32,000 bases of DNA from Paracoccus suum (GCF_003324675.1 NZ_CP030918.1:3030001-3062000); one strand, 5' to 3'; positions 19,222-27,254 are shown, numbered from the stretch's first letter. Notes: generated by a model from the sequence alone, not told the origin. Translations and numbers: made by a program.

Positions 19222-19601
19222 TGAAACCCGACGAGTCCATCCAGATCTTCGTGCCGCTGAAGGTTCGCAAGCAGAACGGGCGGCCGAAGATCATGCCGCC
19301 CGCCACCTATCTGCCCAGCGAAGACCGAACGCAGGATCCGCATATCCTGCGCGCCATTGGCCGGGCGTGGGGCTGGCGGCGGCGCATGGAAGCTGGCGAG
19401 TTCAATACGGTCACCGATCTGGCAAAAGCCGTGGGGCTGGCCGAACGCCATGTCAGCCGCCAGCTGCGGCTCGCCTATCTCGCGCCGGGTGTCCTCAAGC
19501 GACTGGTCTACAAGCGCGAAGGGCCCGCCGTGACCCTGTTGAACCTGACCGACGTCGCGGCCCTGCCGTGGCACGAACAGCCGGAGAGGGTGTTCGACTG
19601 A
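19218..19601 (+). CDS. Recombinase-cassette downstream protein (127 aa), function unknown
   Basis: ATGA overlap with the recombinase reading frame. HTH-like segment DLAKAVGLAERHVSRQLRLAYLAPGVLKRLV. Intact. Confidence 0.5.
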   Translation: MMKPDESIQIFVPLKVRKQNGRPKIMPPATYLPSEDRTQDPHILRAIGRAWGWRRRMEAGEFNTVTDLAKAVGLAERHVSRQLRLAYLAPGVLKRLVYKREGPAVTLLNLTDVAALPWHEQPERVFD

Positions 19602-19604
19602 TCC

Positions 19605-20441
19605 TCAGTGAAAGCTCGCCTGAAACGTCGTCGCCGTCAGCGAGACATGCGCGTCCAGCGGCGGATGCAGTTCGAACGCCTTCGGCTCGCGTGCGAAATT
19701 CCATAGCCGGAACAGACGCCATTCCGACCGGCGCTCCTCGGCCACGGCCAGTTCGTTGCGGGCGATGTGGAAGGGCGTGCGCTCCCATCCGTTCGTCGTC
19801 TTGACCTCGATCAGCCGCGGGAGCCCGTCCGGGGCGAAACTCGAGATGTCGTAGCCCGCGCCGTCGCCATCCTCCTCCGACACCCAGCGCACCTTGCGCG
19901 CCGGATCGTCCCGTCATGCCGAGCGTAGAGACGCCCGTTCATGCGCCAGCACGCGTTCCTCGCCCGCGCGACCGAGGGCCCGGTCGCGTTCGTTCCGGCC
20001 CGCCACGTCGAACTTGCGGGCGATTTGCAGCATCTAGTCCAACTCCTGCGGCGGCGGCTGGTTCGACAGCGTCGGCGGCGGCCCGATCCAGATCTACGCC
20101 GCCTCTCGCAGGCCAGCGGCGGAATGCAGCCCCGGTCGGCGCCCGAGCCAGGCCGGCTTCAGCGCCAGCCACCGCGCCACGGCATCCACCAAGGTCATCT
20201 GGAAATTGAACGCGAGCTTGTAGCCGGGGATCCAGTCCTCCCCGTGGCCCTTCAGCACCGCGCTGATGTTTTGGTGCTTGAACTCGACGGACCCCTCCGA
20301 CCGGTCGTTCAGCAGCGGCAGCAACGCGCGGCGATGCTCGGCCTTGCTGTAGCGGCGCGCGGAGATGTCGTCGGCGAGCATCGCGAAGTAATCCGCGACG
20401 ATCAGGTCGTTCTCTTCATCCGTCCAGGGCCCGTTCGACAT
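19605..20441 (-). pseudogene. DUF3883-domain protein interrupted by three in-frame stops
   Basis: A single minus-strand frame carries the N-terminal PWTDEENDLIVADYFAML...GSVEFKHQNISAVL and the C-terminal DUF3883 core GYDISSF...LIEVKTTNG...FHIARNELAVA...WRLFRLWNF. It is broken by TAG 20094-20096, TAG 20034-20036 and TGA 19914-19916. No frameshift. Confidence 0.7.
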
Positions 20442-20783
20442 TGCGCCAGGCTAAGGTCGCGAAGTCTGTTTGTCATCAGAGACTTCCGGCAGGTCTTCGG
20501 TGGTGACGCGGACCTCCCGCACTGCTGCGCTGACCTGGTGATCGGCCGCCACGGAGCCGTCCTTTTGACCGCCCTGCGCCTTCGTGTCGGTCTCCGTCAC
20601 TGGATTATATCGCGAGGGGGGCGAACCCATGAACGCGGCAAATCATTGGAAATGCTAGGACGTTTTACACCGTCCCGTGACCATCGAGGGGCGCTCGAAA
20701 AGAGACACGGGCAATTCGGAGACCCACTCTGAGTCAACCTTCCGGCCTCCGAAGGGCGGATGACCTTTCCAACGCCCTTTGAA

Positions 20784-20813
20784 ACAAAAAGAAAAAAGGC
20801 CCCGATCGGGGCC
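20784..20813 (-). terminator. Rho-independent terminator downstream of the CDF gene
   Basis: GGCCCC-GATC-GGGGCC hairpin followed on the minus strand by TTTTTTCTTTTTG. Lies 70 nt after the CDF stop. Confidence 0.6.
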
Positions 20814-20882
20814 CTTGGACGGATTCGGCAACTGAATGTGGCGGAGGGGAAGGGCCTGAAAGACAACCTTCTCCACCTCAAG

Positions 20883-21491
20883 CTACTGATTTGTTTGAGC
20901 CCTCCTGCCTTCGCCATGCGCGTCGCGCAGGATTCCGATGCCGCCCCAAGCGGCGACGCCGGCGACCGCGACACCGACCACGAGATCGGGCCAATTGCTG
21001 CCCAGCCACCAGACGAGACCGCCCGCGACGAGAATACCGCCGTTCGAAATGAAGTCGTTCAGACTGAAGGTGTTGGCCGCTCTGACGTTCACGTCCGGGT
21101 CCTCGAGCCGACCAAGGAGCCAGATGCAGATGCCGTTCACAACCGCGGCAATGAGGGCCATGGAAATCATGAGTGGGCCGAGCGGCTCGGAGCCTGTGTA
21201 GTAGCGGCGAACAGCGTCGATCAGGATGCCAGCCGCGAAGAGCAGCAGCAGCCCTCCTGACACGTTGGCGGCTCCGCGCTTCCATTTGTCCGAACGAGAC
21301 AGGGCAAAAAGGCTGATGGCGTAGACGAAGCTGTCGGAGGTGTTGTCCAGACCGTTGGCAATCAACGCGCTGGAGTCGCCCAATGCGCCTGTCGCAAAAA
21401 AGCCGATGGCGATCGCCGCATTCAGCAGCAGAACCGTCCAGAGCGTACGGCGCTGACGTTCATCCGGATTCTTTGGCAGTTCTTTGGTCAT
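20883..21491 (-). CDS. Short cation diffusion facilitator-like transporter (membrane domain only, ~202 aa)
   Basis: Start set at ATG 21491 (MTKELPKNPDERQRRTLW) with GGAGG 8 nt upstream; ATG 21506 is an alternative. Six predicted TM helices and a CDF-like N-terminus. No cytoplasmic C-terminal domain. The long N-terminal extension in the ORF track is not credible. Confidence 0.7.
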   Translation of the reverse strand: MTKELPKNPDERQRRTLWTVLLLNAAIAIGFFATGALGDSSALIANGLDNTSDSFVYAISLFALSRSDKWKRGAANVSGGLLLLFAAGILIDAVRRYYTGSEPLGPLMISMALIAAVVNGICIWLLGRLEDPDVNVRAANTFSLNDFISNGGILVAGGLVWWLGSNWPDLVVGVAVAGVAAWGGIGILRDAHGEGRRAQTNQ

Positions 21492-21615
21492 CAGGTTCGC
21501 CTCCATTTGTGCTGCCCGTCGGATCAAGGCGGCCTCATCTGCCCTGCATGCGAAAGGCACTCGATCCTCGCCAGAAAAGAAGCAGCCTGCTGCCTCAAGA
21601 ATCGGCCGAGACATA

Positions 21616-21646
21616 ATCTTAGTCGCTGTAGTCGCTAGAGGTTCAA
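21616..21646 (-). promoter_or_regulatory. MerR-type promoter (19-bp spacer) upstream of the CDF gene
   Basis: Minus strand reads TTGAAC-ctctagcgactacagcgac-TAAGAT. The 19-nt spacer contains the imperfect dyad CTCTAG-cga-CTACAG. About 125 nt upstream of ATG 21491. Confidence 0.45.
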
Positions 21647-21667
21647 GGGCTGCGCGCTGATTAACGT

Positions 21668-22003
21668 CTAGACGCTGCGCGGGGCGAGCAGGATCAGGGC
21701 CGCCCCCGCAAGGCAAACGACGCCGCCTATGAGATCCCAGCGATCGGGTCGCTCGCCTTCGGCCAGCCACATCCAGAGGACGGACGCCACGATGTAGACG
21801 CCCCCGTAGGCTGCGTAGGCGCGCCCGGCGAAGGCCGAGTCGATCTGCGCCAGGAGCCAGCCAAAGGCGATCAGGCTCGCAACGCCTGGAACGAGCCAAA
21901 CCGCTGAGGCGCCGAGGCGCCACCACGCCCAGATGGCGAAACAGCCCGCGATTTCGGCCAGAGCCGCGGCGGCATAGACTGCCAGGGTCGGCAGCGCTGT
22001 CAT
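21668..22003 (-). CDS. ynfA: YnfA/UPF0060 family small membrane protein
   Basis: Start at ATG 22003 ([31 protein letters not shown]), overlapping the cadR stop as ATGA. 111 aa, four TM helices, characteristic AEI.GCF..W.W motif. Confidence 0.8.
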   Translation of the reverse strand: MTALPTLAVYAAAALAEIAGCFAIWAWWRLGASAVWLVPGVASLIAFGWLLAQIDSAFAGRAYAAYGGVYIVASVLWMWLAEGERPDRWDLIGGVVCLAGAALILLAPRSV

Positions 22004-22434
22004 CCGGCGGCCTCGGACGCCCCGTGGTTCTGCGCGCAATGGGAATGGTCGCTCAGCACCTCGATCACGCGGCAGTCGGCCACGGTACCCTGTGCGCACT
22101 GCGTGATCATGCGCTCGAGCTCTGCCTTCAGCGCCGTGAGACGCGCGATCCGGGCCTTGACCGCGGTGAGCTGCTTCTTCGCGATGACGTCGGCGGCTGC
22201 GCAGGATTGATCCGGCTTATCGGAGAGGCTCAGAAGGTCGCGTATGGCGTCCAGCGGAAACCCAAGCTCGCGCGCGTGGCGGATGAACGCCAGCCGATCC
22301 AGCGCCGAGCCCCCGTAGAGCCGCTGGTTCCCGGCGCTGCGCTCTGGCTCCGGCAGGAGGCCGATCTGCTCGTAATAGCGGATCGTCGGAACCTTCACGC
22401 CGGCCGCTTCACCCAATTTTCCGATGGTGAGCAT
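22000..22434 (-). CDS. cadR: MerR-family Cd(II)/Pb(II)/Zn(II)-responsive regulator (CadR/PbrR-like)
   Basis: Start at ATG 22434 ([27 protein letters not shown]). MerR HTH, then Cys residues at the positions expected for CadR-type metal sites (SCAAAD; [10 protein letters not shown]), plus a His/Cys tail (DHSHC). Divergent from a P1B ATPase. Confidence 0.85.
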   Translation of the reverse strand: MLTIGKLGEAAGVKVPTIRYYEQIGLLPEPERSAGNQRLYGGSALDRLAFIRHARELGFPLDAIRDLLSLSDKPDQSCAAADVIAKKQLTAVKARIARLTALKAELERMITQCAQGTVADCRVIEVLSDHSHCAQNHGASEAAG

Positions 22435-22445
22435 CAGATTCCCTC

Positions 22446-22476
22446 TTGAAGCTATAGTTACTAGAGACACTACGTT
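22446..22476 (+). promoter_or_regulatory. MerR-type promoter/operator of the ATPase operon (19-bp spacer)
   Basis: TTGAAG-ctatagttactagagacac-TACGTT. The spacer is 19 nt and carries a CTATAG...CTAGAG dyad resembling PbrR/CadR operators. Lies in the 92-nt cadR/ATPase divergent region. Confidence 0.55.
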
Positions 22477-22526
22477 CCCGGCTGAGCGAATACAACGTTG
22501 CCCGCTGAGCGGGGTGGAAGGGCGTG

Positions 22527-24755
22527 ATGACGGCGAACGGCAGTGCAACCTACGAGTGGACGGTTTCCGGGATGGACTGTGCGTCGTGCGCCGGCAAGGT
22601 GCGAGGCGCCGTCCAACACCTGCCGGGCGTGAGCGACGTCGACGTGGCGCTGATGACCGAGCGGCTTCGGCTGACCCTCGACGAAGGGCAGACCCAGCGC
22701 GACCAGGTTGAGGCGATCGTCAAACGGCTCGGCTACGGGATCGCGGCGAAAGGATTGAGCCCGGATTGGAAACCCTTCGTGCTGCCGGACGGCCAGCAAG
22801 AATCCCGTACGGACGGCTCGCGGGATGCCGCAGGAGTCGCGCCCGACACTGGATCGACAAGGCCTGACAGCGGCCCAGCGCCCGGTTCGCGTTGGTATCG
22901 GACCGCGAAGGGCAGTCTGGTGATCGGCACCGGGCTCCTCCTCGCGGCGGCATGGGCCGTGAATCTGTTCGCCTCCGAGGACGTAGCGAACTGGGCCTTC
23001 ATCCTCGCCACGATTATCGGTGTTGCGCCAATCGCGCGGCGCGCCGTGGCGTCCGCCCGATCGGGCATGCCATTCACGATTGAGATGCTGATGACTATCG
23101 CCGCCACCGGCGCGCTTGTCATCAATGCCGCGGAAGAAGCGGCGCTGGTGGTCTTCCTCTTCGCAGTCGGGGAGGTTCTCGAGGGCGTCGCGGCGAACAA
23201 GGCCCGCGACGGGATCCGTGCGCTCGCGCGCCTCGTGCCGAAGACGGCTCTACTGGAAGTGGATGGCAGGACGCGAGTGATCCCGGCCGACCGGCTGCAG
23301 GTGGGCCAGATCGTTCTGGTGCGCCCCGGAGACCGGGTCCCGGCAGACGGCGAGGTCATCGAGGGCACCTCCGGCGTCGATGAGAGCGCGGTCACGGGCG
23401 AGAGCATGCCGAAGCTGAAGGTGCCCGAAGCGCCAGTCTTTGCTGGCTCAATCAATTCTGAAGCGGCGCTGCGAGTCCGGGTCACCAAGTCGGCCAAGGA
23501 CAACACCATCGCCCGCATCATTCGTCTGGTCGAGGAAGCGGAGAGCGCCCGCGCGCCGACGGAGCGCTTCATCGACCGGTTCAGCCGCATCTACATGCCC
23601 GCCGTGGTCGGAGTTGCGGTGCTGGTGGCGATCATCCCGCCCCTCGCATTCGGTCAAGCCTGGGACACGTGGATCTACCGCGCGCTCGCGCTGCTCTTGA
23701 TCGGATGCCCCTGCGCGCTGGTGATATCCGTACCGGCTTCCATCGCTTCCGCGCTTTCCTCCGGTTCGCGACGTGGCCTCCTGATGAAGGGAGGCGCCGT
23801 GATCGAGGCCGCAGCGGCGACCACGCATGTTGCATTCGACAAGACGGGGACCCTGACCCATGGGAGGCCGCGCATCACGGATGTGGTGTCGGTCTCAGGA
23901 TCGGAGACGGAGGTGCTGGCGCTAGCTGCGGCCGTTGAAGCGGGATCGAGCCATCCACTGGCGGAGGCGATCCTGTCGCGCGCAGAAGCTGCGGGAATCA
24001 CGTCCTTGGCCGCATCGGCCGCCAAGGCGCTCCCCGGCCGGGGGGTCGAAGGGGTCATCGAGGGCGAGCCCGCCTGGGTGGGCTCTCCTCGGTTCGCGGA
24101 GGAGCGCGGCGTGTTTGACGATGGCGCGCGGCAGAGGGCGGCCAGCCTCGAGAAAGAGGGTAAGACGGTCGTAGCGGTCTTCGGTCTGAGCAAGCTTGTC
24201 GGGCTCATCGCGCTCCGGGATGAGCCCCGAGAGGATGCCGCCCGCGCAGTGAAGCAGCTGAAGGCGCTCGGCGTCAGTTCGGTAATGCTGACCGGAGACA
24301 ACGGACGCACGGCGGCAGCCATTTCCGACGGTCTCGGCATTGACTATCGCGCCGAGCTGATGCCCGAAGACAAGGTTGCAGCGATCCGCGAGATGACCTC
24401 GAGGGGTCACGTGATGATGGTGGGTGACGGCATCAACGACGCCCCCGCGCTCGCCTCCGCCCATGTGGGCGTCGCGATGGGCTCCGGAACCGACGTTGCG
24501 CTCGAGACCGCCGACGCCGCAATTCTGCGCAATCGGGTAACTGATGTCGCCAGCAAAATACGACTTTCCCGGGCGACCATGGCGAACATTCGGCAGAACG
24601 TGGCGATCGCGCTCGGCCTCAAAGCGGTGTTTCTTGTTACCACCATCCTTGGCATCACCGGGCTCTGGATTGCCATTCTCGCCGACACGGGCGCGACTGT
24701 ACTCGTCACGCTTAACGCACTGCGGCTTCTCGCTTTCGATCCGGAGGAGACCTGA
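22527..24755 (+). CDS. cadA: P1B-2 heavy-metal (Zn/Cd/Pb) translocating P-type ATPase
   Basis: HMA domain GMDCASCAGKV; TM6 CPCALVISVP; DKTGTLT; HP motif SSHPLAEAI; GDGINDAP; TM7 N-x7-K (NVAIALGLK); TM8 D-x-G-x7-N (DTGATVLVTLN). Start is ATG 22527, or GTG 22524 as in the ORF track. Confidence 0.93.
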   Translation: MTANGSATYEWTVSGMDCASCAGKVRGAVQHLPGVSDVDVALMTERLRLTLDEGQTQRDQVEAIVKRLGYGIAAKGLSPDWKPFVLPDGQQESRTDGSRDAAGVAPDTGSTRPDSGPAPGSRWYRTAKGSLVIGTGLLLAAAWAVNLFASEDVANWAFILATIIGVAPIARRAVASARSGMPFTIEMLMTIAATGALVINAAEEAALVVFLFAVGEVLEGVAANKARDGIRALARLVPKTALLEVDGRTRVIPADRLQVGQIVLVRPGDRVPADGEVIEGTSGVDESAVTGESMPKLKVPEAPVFAGSINSEAALRVRVTKSAKDNTIARIIRLVEEAESARAPTERFIDRFSRIYMPAVVGVAVLVAIIPPLAFGQAWDTWIYRALALLLIGCPCALVISVPASIASALSSGSRRGLLMKGGAVIEAAAATTHVAFDKTGTLTHGRPRITDVVSVSGSETEVLALAAAVEAGSSHPLAEAILSRAEAAGITSLAASAAKALPGRGVEGVIEGEPAWVGSPRFAEERGVFDDGARQRAASLEKEGKTVVAVFGLSKLVGLIALRDEPREDAARAVKQLKALGVSSVMLTGDNGRTAAAISDGLGIDYRAELMPEDKVAAIREMTSRGHVMMVGDGINDAPALASAHVGVAMGSGTDVALETADAAILRNRVTDVASKIRLSRATMANIRQNVAIALGLKAVFLVTTILGITGLWIAILADTGATVLVTLNALRLLAFDPEET

Positions 24756-24756
24756 G

Positions 24757-25380
24757 ATGCTGTCTCCGTTCGGCTGGTCGGCGCTCGCCGTCCTTTTCGG
24801 CTATCTCGCGCTTTTTTTCTGGGGCAGCGCCGTCGCGGCACAGGCGGCAGGGAAACCGGTCTGGCTGTTTGCCCGCGCCTCAGGACGCGACCGCGCGGCC
24901 GCTTTCGGGTTCCGCGCCGCGTTCATCCTCGCTTTTTTCGGACCCCTCCTCTGGATAGTTTGGCCGATGTTGCACAAGGTCGATCCCTTCTGGACCGAAG
25001 GAAGAGCCGTTGCGCTTGGCATCATCGGTATCTTCATCGCGGGCCTTGGCGCGATGGTGGCCTTTGCAGCTCAGATGTCGATGGGCTCATCCTGGCGCGT
25101 CGGTGTGGTGAGCGGTGCAACGGGAAGCCTCGTCTCAGGTGGGCTATATCAGTTCAGCCGGAACCCGACCTTCGTCGGGCAATTCGCGCTGCTGGCCGGT
25201 GTCGCCCTGGCGGTGCCTGCCGTCCCGACGATCCTTGCGCCGATCCTGTTCCTCTGGTCGGCAGCCACGCAGGTCCGGTCGGAGGAAGCTGTGCTGCGCG
25301 AAGCCCTGGGGCCAGACTATGACCGCTATGTCGCATCGGTTCCGCGCTGGATCGGCATCCCGAGGAAGGCCGCGCCATGA
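24757..25380 (+). CDS. ICMT/PEMT-family membrane methyltransferase-like protein
   Basis: Start at ATG 24757, 1 nt after the ATPase stop. 207 aa, polytopic. C-terminal signature GGLYQFSRNPTFVG...EEAVLREALGPDYDRY is typical of the isoprenylcysteine carboxyl methyltransferase family. Confidence 0.7.
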   Translation: MLSPFGWSALAVLFGYLALFFWGSAVAAQAAGKPVWLFARASGRDRAAAFGFRAAFILAFFGPLLWIVWPMLHKVDPFWTEGRAVALGIIGIFIAGLGAMVAFAAQMSMGSSWRVGVVSGATGSLVSGGLYQFSRNPTFVGQFALLAGVALAVPAVPTILAPILFLWSAATQVRSEEAVLREALGPDYDRYVASVPRWIGIPRKAAP

Positions 25381-25862
25381 CCAATCCCATGATGCTTCTC
25401 TTGGTCGCCGCCACGGTGCTGGCCGACCAGCTGACCAAGGCGGCCGCCCTCTCGCTGCTTTCGCTGGGTGACGCGGTTCCAGTTCTTCCCGGCTTCGGGC
25501 TTGCGCTTGGCTTCAACGAAGGGTCGAGCTTCGGCATGCTGTCCGGCGTTATGGCAGGTAAGCCGCTGCTGATGGCCGCCTTGACCGGGGCACTGACCCT
25601 GATCTTCGCCGTCATGGCAGTTCGGGCGCGCCATCCGCTGGAGCGCGCAGGCTTCGTCCTGGTGGTAGGCGGTGCGCTTGGCAACATCATCGACCGGCTG
25701 CGGCAGGGCGCCGTGACCGACTTCCTCGACCTCTACTGGCGCAACTGGCACTGGCCCACGTTCAATGTCGCGGATATCGCGATCACTCTGGGCGCGGTGT
25801 GCATCCTCGCAACCTCTCTTTCCTCACGCCGCCGAAAGGAGCCTGTTCTTGACCGACACTGA
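25377..25862 (+). CDS. lspA: Lipoprotein signal peptidase (signal peptidase II)
   Basis: 161 aa. Contains DQLTK, GFNEGSSFG, GGALGNIIDR, VTDFLD and FNVADIAI. ATGA overlap with the preceding gene. Confidence 0.88.
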   Translation: MTNPMMLLLVAATVLADQLTKAAALSLLSLGDAVPVLPGFGLALGFNEGSSFGMLSGVMAGKPLLMAALTGALTLIFAVMAVRARHPLERAGFVLVVGGALGNIIDRLRQGAVTDFLDLYWRNWHWPTFNVADIAITLGAVCILATSLSSRRRKEPVLDRH

Positions 25863-26049
25863 CGCACAGGCCCTGTCCCGCGACGATCTGCCCCTCACGG
25901 TCGCGTTCTTGATCACGCTGGCGGCAACGCTCGGCGCGCTCTTCGTCGGCGAGGTGCTCAGGCATATGCCCAAGCTTCCATGGCTATGCCCAGTGTCCGA
26001 TCGAAACGGGGGCCAGCATCCACCCCCATCTCCGGGCATTATTCTTTGA
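25849..26049 (+). pseudogene. Possible DsbB/BdbC-like disulfide-formation protein remnant (N-terminal ~40 codons)
   Basis: LTVAFLITLAATLGALFVGEVLRHMP resembles the first TM helix of DsbB-family proteins up to the point where CxxC is expected. Similarity is lost after about 25968. No ATG start. Confidence 0.25.
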
Positions 26050-26066
26050 ATGCTCCGTCTGATCTT

Positions 26067-27254
26067 CTAGACAGCGGGTATTCTTCGTTGCCGATGAACC
26101 GAGGCCGCGAGGACCAGAGCGGCAACGCAGGGTACGGCCGCCATGGCGGAAAGTATCGCGAGGGTGCCATCCGCTCCGAATGCCTCGATCAGAAACGCAC
26201 CGATCATCGGCGCGGCGGCGGCGGCGAAAAGCATCGGCATGGCGAGGCGCCCCATCGTCTGCGCGTAGCGGTCAGACCCGAAGAGAGTGAGCGGCAAAGC
26301 GCCGCGAGCGATCGACCAAAGACCATTTCCCGCCCCATAGGCGACCAGCGCCGCGGAGGCAGGAGCTCCGAGCTGCAGACCCAGAAAACCGAGAAGCACC
26401 AGACCGACCGCCGAACCCATTGTCCAGATCGGATGATGGCGCCCGCGGCCCAGCATCTCGAGGACGCGGGCGCCGACCTGTGCCGGCCCGATCAAGGTGC
26501 CGAGCGCAATCGCAGTGGCCAATGCGTATCCCTCGGCGGTCAGGATCCTGATCAGATGGATCGACCAGATGGTCGCCAGCATCGACAGGCTCACGCCAGC
26601 CGCAACGATGTACAGGAAGCGCAAATCGAGAAGACCCGGCAGGTCGGGCAGCATTGCTCCGGTCGACTGCGCCTTCTCTTCCGCGGGCGGTCTCCGCGGC
26701 AGGAGACAGAGGCTGATCGGCAGCGTCACCGTCAGATGTAGCGCCGCATAGGCGAAACATGTCCCTCGCCAGCCGACGATCTCGACCAGCCATGCCGAGA
26801 TCGGCCAACAAACCGTGCTGGCGAAACCGCCCCACAGGGTGAGCTGGGTGATCGCCGCCCGCGCGTCTCGCCCGAAGAGCCGCCCGAGCGTCGAGAAAGC
26901 CGCATCATACAGGCCCGCCGACATGCCGAGACCGAGAATGGCCCAGGCGGCGAAATACACCGGCAGGCTTCGGGCGCTGCCAAGCAAAACCAGGCCCGTT
27001 GCAATCAGCGCCATCCCGGTCGCCAGCACTCGCCGGCCGCCGGTAATTTGGATCAGCCGGCCCACGGTCGGCGCGGCGAAGCCCGCCACCAAGAGACCGC
27101 CGGATACGCCGGCGGATAGCATGCCGACGCTCCAACCCGTGTCAGCGGCAATCGGACCCGCCAGAACCGCCATCAGGTAATAAGTGCTGCCCCAAGCGAA
27201 GATCTCAATCACACCGAGGGCAGAGACGGTACGGGTCCTTGCAGGAAGGGTCAT
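26067..27254 (-). CDS. MFS transporter in an ars operon (ArsK-like candidate)
   Basis: Start at ATG 27254 (MTLPARTRTVSALGVIEIFAWG), overlapping the upstream stop as ATGA. 395 aa, about 12 TM helices. Last gene of an arsR/flavoprotein/MFS unit. Confidence 0.7.
   Translation of the reverse strand: MTLPARTRTVSALGVIEIFAWGSTYYLMAVLAGPIAADTGWSVGMLSAGVSGGLLVAGFAAPTVGRLIQITGGRRVLATGMALIATGLVLLGSARSLPVYFAAWAILGLGMSAGLYDAAFSTLGRLFGRDARAAITQLTLWGGFASTVCWPISAWLVEIVGWRGTCFAYAALHLTVTLPISLCLLPRRPPAEEKAQSTGAMLPDLPGLLDLRFLYIVAAGVSLSMLATIWSIHLIRILTAEGYALATAIALGTLIGPAQVGARVLEMLGRGRHHPIWTMGSAVGLVLLGFLGLQLGAPASAALVAYGAGNGLWSIARGALPLTLFGSDRYAQTMGRLAMPMLFAAAAAPMIGAFLIEAFGADGTLAILSAMAAVPCVAALVLAASVHRQRRIPAV

Larger units (their letters stand above)
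11105..20460. mobile_element. Decayed integrative element or prophage remnant (possibly composite); boundaries approximate
   Basis: Contains DUF3489, phage-type Dcm and ParB-methyltransferase genes, a DUF2924/serine recombinase cassette and DUF3883. Most large genes are disrupted. The left edge is a junction of two truncated genes. No flanking repeats or att sites were identified. Confidence 0.5.

Noticed and set aside
19914-19916. In-frame TGA in the DUF3883 gene as selenocysteine or readthrough.
   Set aside because: The same frame also has two TAG stops, and I see no SECIS-like hairpin immediately downstream.
20451-20600. 49-codon GTG-initiated ORF upstream of the DUF3883 gene, next to a perfect minus-strand TATAAT (20609-20604).
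   Set aside because: The GTG lies only 3 nt downstream of the -10 hexamer, so a transcript from that promoter would start after it. There is no RBS. The TATAAT itself has only a weak -35 (TTCATG), so I did not list it as a feature.
20839-20877. TGGCGGAGGGGAAGGGCC..., which at first glance looks like the reverse complement of a tRNA 3' end and so a possible integration target.
   Set aside because: It cannot be folded into an acceptor/T-arm. No TTCRA T-loop complement is present and the stems do not pair. It only forms a generic 8-bp hairpin with a 13-nt loop.
21492-21926. Long N-terminal extension of the CDF ORF (347 aa in the ORF track), including the ATG at 21614.
   Set aside because: The extension is Arg/Pro-rich and not protein-like. 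It overlaps ynfA out of frame. The 21614 ATG sits inside the predicted promoter. A GGAG-type RBS supports 21491.
25961-25975. Adjacent HindIII and NcoI sites (AAGCTTCCATGG) exactly where the DsbB-like similarity ends, which could suggest an engineered junction.
   Set aside because: Two 6-bp sites adjacent once in 32 kb is not compelling. There is no vector-like or marker sequence nearby. A natural deletion endpoint is the simpler explanation.
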